From NCBI GenBank assembly GCA_036494095.1, contig DASXOR010000075.1, positions 1 through 52,484 of the forward strand: DNA of 52,484 bases. Direction: 5' to 3'. Both the position numbers and the translations under genes were made by a program. Positions 9,641-17,168 of this stretch are shown here, piece by piece. The DNA is from Gaiellales bacterium. Lineage in GTDB: Bacteria > Actinomycetota > Thermoleophilia > Gaiellales > JAICJC01. Each line of letters opens with the position of its first letter. The stretch's first letter is position 1. The notes beneath the pieces are model-generated. The model was not told where the DNA came from, did not search any database, and saw only the letters and a list, made by a program, of their open reading frames with translations.

Positions 9641-11763
9641 GCGGGATCGAGCGCGCGGCCGTGATCGGGGCCGGCACGATGGGCGCGGGCATCGCCGCGC
9701 ATCTGGCCAACGCCGGCCTGCCGGTGGTCATGCTCGACCTCGGGGACGCGGCGCAGCGGGCACTTGCCGCGCTGCCGCAGCGCTCGCCGCCGGCGCTCGT
9801 CTCGACCGCGGCCGCGCGCCTGATCCGCACCGGCAGCCTGGAGCGCGACCTCGCGCTGGTTGCCGATGCCGATTGGATCGTGGAGGCGATCGTCGAGGAT
9901 GCCAACCCCAAGCGGTCGCTCTACGCCCGCCTGGACACGGTCAGGAAGCCCGGGTCGATCGTCTCGTCGAACACCTCGACGATCCCGCTGCGCGAGCTGC
10001 TCGACGGGGCACCCGCGGGACTCGCGCCCGACTTCGTGATCACGCACTTCTTCAACCCGCCGCGCTACATGCGCCTGCTCGAGATCGTCCCCGGCGGCGC
10101 GCGGCCCGAGGCCGTGGACGCGCTCGAGCGCGTCTGCGACCTGCATCTGGGCAAGACCGTCGTTCGCTGCAACGACACGCCGGGGTTCATCGCCAACCGC
10201 CTCGGCGTCTTCTGGATCGGGACGGCGATCGGCGAGGCGCTCGCCCGCGGCCTGACGGTGGAGGAGGCCGACGCCGTGATGGGGGCGCCGCTCGGCATCC
10301 CCCGAAGCGGCGTGTTCGGGCTGATGGACATCGTCGGCCTGGGCCTGCACGAGGCGGTGACGGGCTCGCTCGATCGGCTGCTGCCGCCCGGCGACGCGTG
10401 GCACGACGTGCCCTCGCACACGGACCTCCTGCGGCGGATGGTGGCGATGGGCGCCACGGGGCGCGGCGCCGGCCGCGGCTTCTACGCCCGCGAGGGCGAC
10501 ACCCGGCTTGCGATCGACCTGGCGACGCTCGAGTACCGGCCCGCGGCCCGGCCGCCGCGGCTGCCGCGGACGCCGCGCGAGCTGGTCGAGATGGACGGTC
10601 CGCTCGGGGAGTACGCCTCGGCGGTGCTCGGCCGGACGCTCGCCTACGCGGCCGCGATGGTGCCGGACGTGACCGACCGGCCCGAGCTGATCGACCTGTC
10701 GATGCAGCGCGGCTACGGCTGGGAACGCGGCCCGTTCGAGCTGATGCACGAGCTGGACGGCGGCCGTCCGGCCGGGCGCGCACGGCGCGGCGGCGGCGAG
10801 CGGGAGGCGATCGCCGGCAACGACTCGGCCTCGCTGTGGGACACGGGCGACGGCGTCGCCTGCCTCGAGCTGCACTCGAAGGCCAATGCCATCGACGCCG
10901 CCATGCTCGAGCTGACCACGCGCGCCGTAGCGATCGCGAGCGACGGCCATCGGGCGCTGGTCGTCTACTCCGACGGCCCGCACTTCAGCGTCGGTGCGAA
11001 CCTGGCCCTCGTGCTCGGCCTCGCCAATGTGGCCGCCTGGGACCGGCTGGGGGAGTTCGGGGCGGCGGGGCGGGAGGCGTTCGCGGCGCTCAAGTTCGGG
11101 CCGGTGCCGGTGGTGGGCGCCGTGGCCGGGCGGGCGCTCGGCGGCGGGTGCGAGCTGCTGATGCACTGCGCCGCGGTGCAGGCGCACACCGACACGTTCA
11201 TGGGTCTTGTCGAGCTCGGCGCCGGGCTCGTCCCCGGCTGGGGCGGCTGCCGCGAGCTGCTGCTGCGCTGTGCCGCGGCGGCGCCGGCGGGCGGGCCGAT
11301 GCCACCGGCCCGGCAGGCGTTCGAGGTGATCGCGACCGCGCGTGTCTCGACCTCGGCGCAGGAGGCGCGCGAGTTGGGGTTCCTGCGCCCGCACGACCGC
11401 ATCACGCCCAACCGCGACCGCCTGCTCGCCGACGCGAGGGCGTTCGCGCTCGAGCTCGCCGACGGCTACGCGCCGCCCGCGCCCGCGACGGTCACGGTCG
11501 CCGGGCGGTCGGGCCGGGCCACGCTCGAGCTGGGCGCCCACCAGCTCGCGCTGCGAAACGACACGATCACCGCGTACGACCTGCATCTGGCCGGCACCCT
11601 GGCCGGCGTGCTCACGGGCGGCGCCGCCGACTCCGGCGCGGCCGTACCCGAGGCGACGATCTCGCAGCTCGAGGCGGCCGCCGTCGCCGGCCTCTTCCGC
11701 CACGCGCAGACGCTCGATCGGATGACCCACCTGCTCGAGAGCGGCAGGCCGCTCCGGAACTGA
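9637..11763 (+). CDS. 3-hydroxyacyl-CoA dehydrogenase fused to enoyl-CoA hydratase (FadN-type domain order)
   Basis: GTG 9637 overlaps the thiolase stop (GTGA). Rossmann motif IGAGTMGAGIA at the N-terminus; crotonase-like C-terminal half (GGGCELLMHC). Confidence 0.9.
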   Translation: MSGIERAAVIGAGTMGAGIAAHLANAGLPVVMLDLGDAAQRALAALPQRSPPALVSTAAARLIRTGSLERDLALVADADWIVEAIVEDANPKRSLYARLDTVRKPGSIVSSNTSTIPLRELLDGAPAGLAPDFVITHFFNPPRYMRLLEIVPGGARPEAVDALERVCDLHLGKTVVRCNDTPGFIANRLGVFWIGTAIGEALARGLTVEEADAVMGAPLGIPRSGVFGLMDIVGLGLHEAVTGSLDRLLPPGDAWHDVPSHTDLLRRMVAMGATGRGAGRGFYAREGDTRLAIDLATLEYRPAARPPRLPRTPRELVEMDGPLGEYASAVLGRTLAYAAAMVPDVTDRPELIDLSMQRGYGWERGPFELMHELDGGRPAGRARRGGGEREAIAGNDSASLWDTGDGVACLELHSKANAIDAAMLELTTRAVAIASDGHRALVVYSDGPHFSVGANLALVLGLANVAAWDRLGEFGAAGREAFAALKFGPVPVVGAVAGRALGGGCELLMHCAAVQAHTDTFMGLVELGAGLVPGWGGCRELLLRCAAAAPAGGPMPPARQAFEVIATARVSTSAQEARELGFLRPHDRITPNRDRLLADARAFALELADGYAPPAPATVTVAGRSGRATLELGAHQLALRNDTITAYDLHLAGTLAGVLTGGAADSGAAVPEATISQLEAAAVAGLFRHAQTLDRMTHLLESGRPLRN

Positions 11764-11766
11764 GGC

Positions 11767-13530
11767 ATGCAGACCTACCGCGCCCCACTCGCCGACTTCG
11801 CGTTCCTCCTGCGAGACGTGTTCGACCACGACGGCGTCGTGGCCACGCTGCCGCCGTACGCCGACGCCCCGCTCGAGACGGTCATGGCGGTGCTGACGGA
11901 GGCGGCCGCGTTCAGCGAGGGCGTGCTCCTGCCGCTGAACCGCACGGGCGACGAGCAGGGGTGCGCGTACCGCGACGGAGCCGTGCGCACGCCCGCCGGA
12001 TTCCGGGCTGCGTACGCGGCGCTCGTCGCCGGCGGCTGGCCCGGCCTGGGAGTGGCGCCGGAGCGGGGCGGGGCGGGCCTGCCCGCCGTCGCGCAGGCCG
12101 CGTTCGAGGAGATGGCCTGCTCGGCCAACCTGGCGTTCGCGACCTATCCGCTGCTGAGCGCCGGCGCGGCTGCGGCCCTCACCGCCCACGGCTCGGCCGA
12201 GCAGGTCGAGCGCTACGTGCCGCGCCTGGCGAGCGGCGAGTGGAGCGGGACGATGTGTCTGACCGAGGCCCAGGCCGGCACCGATCTCGGCCTTCTGCGG
12301 ACGCGGGCCGAGCCGGGCGACGAGGGCACTTACCGGATCACGGGCACGAAGGTGTTCATCACCGGCGGCGAGCACGACCTGACTGACCAGATCGTGCACC
12401 TCGTGCTGGCCCGGCTGCCCGACGCGCCGGCGGGGACGGCCGGGATCTCACTCTTCCTCGTCCCCAAGCTGTGGCCCCCGGACGGTGGCGGCACGGCAAA
12501 CGGCGTCACCTGCGGATCGATCGAGCACAAGATGGGCATCCGCGGCTCGGCCACGTGTGTGCTGCACTTCGAGGACGCCGTCGGCGAGCTCGTCGGCCCG
12601 GCGCACGCCGGCATGGCGCAGATGTTCACGATGATGAACCGCGCCCGGCTCGGGGTCGGCATCCAGGGCGTCGGCATCGGCGAGGTCGCCTACCAATCGG
12701 CCGTCGCCTACGCCCGCGAGCGGCTGCAGGGCCACGCCCCCGGGCGGCCGCACGGCGATGGCGCCGACCCGATCATCGCCCACCCGGACGTGCGCCGCGC
12801 GCTCCTGCGGATGCGGGCGCTGACCGAGGCCGGCCGGGCCCTGGCGCTGTGGCTGGCCGTCGAGCTCGACGTCTCCCATCACCACCCCGATCCCGGCCGC
12901 CGCCAGGCCGCGGACGATCTGGTGGCGCTGCTCACGCCGGTGGTCAAGGCGGCCTGCACCGACAACGGCTTCGAGGCGGCGAACCTCGCCATCGGCGTTC
13001 ACGGCGGCGCCGGGTACATCACCGAGTCGGGCGTCGAGCAGCTCGCCCGCGACGCCCGCATCAGCCAGATCTACGAGGGCACGAACGGCGTGCAGGCGCT
13101 CGACTTGGTCGGGCGCAAGCTCGGCATGCACCACGGCCGGCTGCTGCGCCGCTTCTTCCATCCCGCTGCCGCGCGGGCCGCCGGCCCGCATCCCGCCGAG
13201 CTGCGCGGGCTGGCCGGGCCGGTCGCCGAGGCGCTCGCCCACCTGCAGGAGACGACGGTGTGGCTGATGGGCGCCGGCCGCGACCGCGAGCAGGCCGCGG
13301 CGGCCGCCACCGACTACCTGCGCCTGTTCGCCCTGACCGCGTTCGGCGACCTCGAGCTGCGCATGGCTGTGGCCTGTCTCGACGGCGCCGCCGGGGCCGA
13401 GTTCGGCGGCCGCAAGCTCGCCACGGCCCGTTTCTTCTGCGACCGCGTGCTGCCCGAGACCGCCGGCCTCGCCCGGGCGGTGCGCGCAGGCAAGGAGTCC
13501 ATCACGTCCATCGGCGACGACGCGTTCTGA
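11767..13530 (+). CDS. Acyl-CoA dehydrogenase (long form with extra C-terminal domain)
   Basis: TEAQAGTDL and IYEGTNGVQALDLV motifs. 587 aa. Starts 4 nt after the upstream stop. Confidence 0.9.
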   Translation: MQTYRAPLADFAFLLRDVFDHDGVVATLPPYADAPLETVMAVLTEAAAFSEGVLLPLNRTGDEQGCAYRDGAVRTPAGFRAAYAALVAGGWPGLGVAPERGGAGLPAVAQAAFEEMACSANLAFATYPLLSAGAAAALTAHGSAEQVERYVPRLASGEWSGTMCLTEAQAGTDLGLLRTRAEPGDEGTYRITGTKVFITGGEHDLTDQIVHLVLARLPDAPAGTAGISLFLVPKLWPPDGGGTANGVTCGSIEHKMGIRGSATCVLHFEDAVGELVGPAHAGMAQMFTMMNRARLGVGIQGVGIGEVAYQSAVAYARERLQGHAPGRPHGDGADPIIAHPDVRRALLRMRALTEAGRALALWLAVELDVSHHHPDPGRRQAADDLVALLTPVVKAACTDNGFEAANLAIGVHGGAGYITESGVEQLARDARISQIYEGTNGVQALDLVGRKLGMHHGRLLRRFFHPAAARAAGPHPAELRGLAGPVAEALAHLQETTVWLMGAGRDREQAAAAATDYLRLFALTAFGDLELRMAVACLDGAAGAEFGGRKLATARFFCDRVLPETAGLARAVRAGKESITSIGDDAF

Positions 13531-13552
13531 CGCCCGAGAAAGGACCACCCGC

Positions 13553-15133
13553 GTGATCTACGAAAGCCCTCACCCGCCCGTCGACATCCCCGATGTCCCG
13601 CTGGCCGACTTCGTGCTCGCGGGTGCCGCGGCCCGCGGCGAGCGCCCGGCGCTGGTCGACGCCGTCTCGGGCCGCACGCTCACCTACGCGGGCCTCGACG
13701 CTCTTGCGCGCGGTGTCGGAAGCGGCCTCCAGCGCCGCGGGCTCGAGCCCGGGCAGGTGGTCGGGATCCTCGCGCCCAACGTGCCCGAATACGCCGCGGC
13801 CTTCTTCGGCGTCGCGCTTGCGGGCGGCACGAACACGACCATCAACGGGCTCTACACCGAGGCCGAGATCGCCCATCAGCTGAGAAGCTCGCGGGCGCGG
13901 TTCCTCCTCACCGTCTCGGCGCTGCTCGACCGGGCGCTGCCGGCGGCTGCCTCCGCCGGCATCGAGACCGTGTTCTCGTTCGACGGCGGCGAGGACACGA
14001 TCGCGCTCGCCGACATGCTCGGGCCGCCGGGCGAGCTGCGCTCTGCGCCGATCGACCCCGCGACGGCGCTCGTCGCGCTGCCCTACTCGAGCGGCACGAC
14101 CGGCCTGCCGAAGGGGGTCATGCTCACCCACCGCAACCTGGTCGCGAACGTCGTGCAGACGCTCGCGGTGGTGCCGGGGGGTGACGAGGTCATCGCCGGG
14201 ATCCTGCCGTTCTTCCACATCTACGGCCAGACCGCGGTCATGAACTGCGCCCTGCGCGCGGGCGACACCGTGATCACCATGCCGCGCTTCGACTTCGAGG
14301 CGTTTCTGCAGATGATCGCCGAGCACCGCGTGACCCGCGCCTTCGTCGCGCCACCGATCATCGTCGCCCTTTCCAAGCACCCCGCCGTCGAGCGGTACGA
14401 CCTCTCCAGCCTGCGGATGATCAACTCGGGGGCGGCGCCGCTCGGCGACGACCTGGAGGCGGCCTGCCGGGCGCGCGTGCCCGCGCGCCTGCAGCAGGGC
14501 TACGGGTTGACCGAGGCCAGCCCGGTGACCCACATCACGCCGCTGCGAGAGGAGCACCGCCCGGGCACGATCGGTCAGCTCATCCCCAACACCGAGGCCC
14601 GCCTCGTCAAGGTCGGCACGCGCGAGGATGCCGCCTCGGGTGAGCCCGGCGAGATCTGGGTGCGCGGGCCGCAGGTGATGACCGGCTATCTCGACGATCC
14701 GGCCGCGACGGCGCGGACGCTCGCCGCCGACGGCTGGCTGCGCACCGGCGACATCGCCACGTTCCGCGCCGGGGGCTGGCGGATCGTCGACCGGCTGAAG
14801 GAGCTCATCAAGTACAAGGGCTACCAGGTCGCACCGGCGATGCTCGAGGCGCTCCTGCTCACGCACCCGGCGGTCGCCGACGCGTGCGTCATCCCGGTCG
14901 CCGACGAGGACGCGGGCGAGATCCCGAAGGCGTTCGTGGTCGCGCGCGGCGAGCTGACGGGTGACGAGCTGATGGCCTACGTCGCCGAGAGGGTCGCCCC
15001 GCACGAGCGCATCCGCGCGGTCGAGCTGATCGACGAGATCCCCAAGTCGGCGTCGGGCAAGCTGCTGCGGCGGGTGTTGGTGCAGCGTGAGCGGGCGAAG
15101 GTGGCGGCTGACCGCGCAGCCCCGCGGCCTTAG
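13553..15133 (+). CDS. AMP-dependent acyl-CoA synthetase/ligase
   Basis: AMP-binding signature LPYSSGTTGLPKGV, plus GWLRTGD and KYKGYQVAP. 526 aa. Last gene of the beta-oxidation operon. Confidence 0.9.
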   Translation: MIYESPHPPVDIPDVPLADFVLAGAAARGERPALVDAVSGRTLTYAGLDALARGVGSGLQRRGLEPGQVVGILAPNVPEYAAAFFGVALAGGTNTTINGLYTEAEIAHQLRSSRARFLLTVSALLDRALPAAASAGIETVFSFDGGEDTIALADMLGPPGELRSAPIDPATALVALPYSSGTTGLPKGVMLTHRNLVANVVQTLAVVPGGDEVIAGILPFFHIYGQTAVMNCALRAGDTVITMPRFDFEAFLQMIAEHRVTRAFVAPPIIVALSKHPAVERYDLSSLRMINSGAAPLGDDLEAACRARVPARLQQGYGLTEASPVTHITPLREEHRPGTIGQLIPNTEARLVKVGTREDAASGEPGEIWVRGPQVMTGYLDDPAATARTLAADGWLRTGDIATFRAGGWRIVDRLKELIKYKGYQVAPAMLEALLLTHPAVADACVIPVADEDAGEIPKAFVVARGELTGDELMAYVAERVAPHERIRAVELIDEIPKSASGKLLRRVLVQRERAKVAADRAAPRP

Positions 15134-16128
15134 TCGAGGGTCTGTGGCAGGCCGAAGTGGGGGAAGACATCGCTGCCGCCGAACCACGTGATGGCTGAGA
15201 GGCGGTCGCCCTCGAGCGTGAGCACGAAGACCGAGTACGCACGCGCGACGCCGCTCCCGCCATCCGGCAGGTAGCAGGCGAACGCCGGCTGGGTGTTCGC
15301 GCGCGTCTGCACCATCCGCAAAGGCGCGCCGCGGCGCTCGTTGGCGCCGCGCAGGAAGTCGCCGATCGCGGCCCGGCCCTGGTAGGCATGCGGGAGGGGC
15401 GGCATCGTCAGCCACGCGTCGGCGGTCAGGAGGGCGACGAGTCCGTCGAGGTCGCCGTTTTCGACCGTCGCCGCGAAGCGGCCGACGATGTCGCGCTCGA
15501 GCCTGGATGCCGGCAGCGGTGCTCGTTCGCGTTCGGCTGCCGGCAGCCGGGATTCGAACGCCTCCCGCGCGCGGCGCAGCAGGCTGTTGACCGCCGCCGG
15601 GCTGGTCTCGAGCATCTCGGCGACCTCGGCGGCGCGGTAGCCGAGCACATCGCGCAGTACGAGCACCGCGCGCTGCTGCGGCGGGAGGTGCTGCAGGCCG
15701 ACGACGAAGGCGAGGGCGATCGCCTCCCTGGTCTCGTAGCGCGCCTCGGGGCCGGGAGCCGCGTCGGGGATCTGCTCGAGGAGCGCGTCCGGGTAGGGCT
15801 CGAGCCAGACCGGCTCGTTCCAGCGCGTCGGCTCGGGCAGCGACGGCGTCCGCCCCTCGGCGGGCCGGCGCCTGCCCGCCCGCAGGGCATCGAGCGAGCG
15901 GTTCGTCGCGATCCGGTACAGCCACGCACGCACCGACGCGCGCCCCTCGAACCGCCTGAGGCCGCGCCACGCGGCGAGCAGCGTCTCCTGGAGCAGATCC
16001 TCGGCGTCCTGTGTCGAGCCGACGATCCGGTAGATGTGCAGCTGGAGCTCACGTTGGTACGGGCCGGTTAGCTCGCGGAACGCGTCCTCGTCGCCGGCGC
16101 GCGCACGGACGAGGGCGGGCTCGGTCAC
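15130..16128 (-). CDS. ECF-type RNA polymerase sigma factor with fused C-terminal NTF2/SnoaL-like domain (SigJ/ECF41-like)
   Basis: Region 2 (QDAEDLLQETLLAAW) and region 4 (YRAAEVAEMLETSPAAVNSLLRRAR), followed by an extension of about 140 aa. GTG 16128 with a GGAAGGA SD is preferred; ATG 16167 is an alternative. No anti-sigma gene adjacent. Confidence 0.85.
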   Translation of the reverse strand: MTEPALVRARAGDEDAFRELTGPYQRELQLHIYRIVGSTQDAEDLLQETLLAAWRGLRRFEGRASVRAWLYRIATNRSLDALRAGRRRPAEGRTPSLPEPTRWNEPVWLEPYPDALLEQIPDAAPGPEARYETREAIALAFVVGLQHLPPQQRAVLVLRDVLGYRAAEVAEMLETSPAAVNSLLRRAREAFESRLPAAERERAPLPASRLERDIVGRFAATVENGDLDGLVALLTADAWLTMPPLPHAYQGRAAIGDFLRGANERRGAPLRMVQTRANTQPAFACYLPDGGSGVARAYSVFVLTLEGDRLSAITWFGGSDVFPHFGLPQTLD

Positions 16129-16274
16129 GCCACCATCCTTCCAAAGACTCTCCTGGTTCGCCGCCATCACACGTACTGACGGTGGCGCGGCGCGAAATTC
16201 GCCGGTCAGTTTCCTTCGCGGCGGACGCCTCAACGAACGCTGCAGCCACGAGTCCAAATCGAAGGAGTGAAACC

Positions 16275-16862
16275 ATGGCAAAGATCGTGATCAGCACGAA
16301 CGCCTCGCTCGACGGAGTGGTGCAGGACCCGGACGGCGAGGAGGGCTTCAGGCTGGGTGGCTGGTTCCGCGAGTTCGGCGGAAAGGACCTCGACGACTGG
16401 GCGCGGCTCTTCACCGCAGAGTCGCTCGAAACCGACGCTCTGCTGCTGGGTCGGCGCAGCGATGCATGGTTCGCATCGCGGTGGCTCGGTCGCAGCGGCG
16501 AGTGGGCCGACCGGCTGAACAGCGTGCCCAAGTACGTCGTCTCTTCGACGCTCGTCGAGGCCGCGTGGAGCAATGCGACGGTTCTGCGGGGCGACGTGGT
16601 GGACGAGGTCTCGAGGCTCAAGCGGACGCTCGATGGGGAGATCGCCGTCTTCGGGAGCTATCAGCTCGGGCGCATGCTGATCGAGCATGACCTGATCGAC
16701 GAGGTGCGGCTGGTCGTCTTCCCGGTCGTGCTCGGGGCGGGTGAGCGCCTCTTCGGCGAGACGAGCGACCAAAAGCCCGTGCGGCTCATGGACACCGGGA
16801 CGATTGGCGCCGGCCTCATCCGGATGACCTACGAGGTCGTGCGAGAGGAGGTGGCCGCTTAA
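16275..16862 (+). CDS. Dihydrofolate-reductase-like (RibD C-terminal domain) family protein
   Basis: ATG 16275 with a GAAGGAG SD. MAKIVISTNASLDGVVQDPDG...VFPVVLGAGERLF is typical of this family. 195 aa. Confidence 0.85.
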   Translation: MAKIVISTNASLDGVVQDPDGEEGFRLGGWFREFGGKDLDDWARLFTAESLETDALLLGRRSDAWFASRWLGRSGEWADRLNSVPKYVVSSTLVEAAWSNATVLRGDVVDEVSRLKRTLDGEIAVFGSYQLGRMLIEHDLIDEVRLVVFPVVLGAGERLFGETSDQKPVRLMDTGTIGAGLIRMTYEVVREEVAA

Positions 16863-16867
16863 GGCCA

Positions 16868-16901
16868 GGTGCCTGGCACCACAATCGCGGTGCCAGGCAC
16901 C
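16868..16901. terminator. Twin palindromes GGTGCCTGGCACC / GGTGCCAGGCACC (terminator-like)
   Basis: Starts 6 nt after the stop at 16862. Two 13-mers, each self-complementary and complementary to the other, separated by 8 nt. Same architecture as the GGGGCCWGGCCCC elements at 5.36 and 32.55 kb. Confidence 0.55.
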
Positions 16902-17106
16902 CGTGTCGCGGCTAGACGACGTCCGCCGGCTCGGGCACGATGTTCCGGACCATGAACCTGCACACGACGAAGGCGAGCCAACCGAGAATCGCGGTCTGCT
17001 TGTGAGTGGCGGGTTTCTGCTGTCTCGCCGGGGAGGCCGGCTCGGGAGCGCAGGCAGACGAGCACCGCGAGGACGTGCCGGGACTCGCCGCCGCTGACGG
17101 TCGTGC

Positions 17107-17140
17107 GCCAATTGGCATCCATGGTGGATGTCAATTGGGG
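17107..17140. repeat. Palindromic CCAATTG double-box element (fifth copy of the 28.5-kb repeat family)
   Basis: gCCAATTGGCATCCAtggTGGATGTCAATTGGgg. The two heptamers are 23 bp apart start to start (17108 and 17131), the same spacing as in the array at 28541-28721. Lies about 30 nt downstream of the SARP gene stop. Confidence 0.8.
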
Positions 17141-17168
17141 GCTCGGCGCGCCCTCGCAGACACGGGGC

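Noticed and set aside
9558-12399. Two 942-aa ORFs, one on each strand (9558-12386 + and 9571-12399 -), covering the fadN-type and acyl-CoA dehydrogenase genes.
   Set aside because: Their translations are Arg/Pro/Gly/Ala-rich low-complexity sequence with no motifs. They are wrong-frame or antisense shadows, which are expected in very GC-rich DNA. The frames at 9637-11763 and 11767-13530 carry clear enzyme motifs.
13502-15970. An 822-aa minus-strand ORF antisense to the acyl-CoA ligase and overlapping the ECF sigma gene out of frame.
   Set aside because: It is low-complexity shadow. The ligase (+) and sigma (-, frame of 15130-16128) reading frames have specific motifs.
16912-17118. A 68-aa minus-strand ORF downstream of the SARP gene, with a hydrophobic C-terminal half (AILGWLAFVVCRFMV).
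   Set aside because: Its ATG lies inside the palindromic CCAATTG element, the N-terminal half is Ala/Ser/Pro-rich, and no SD is visible. A shorter micro-ORF cannot be excluded, but I cannot support it.
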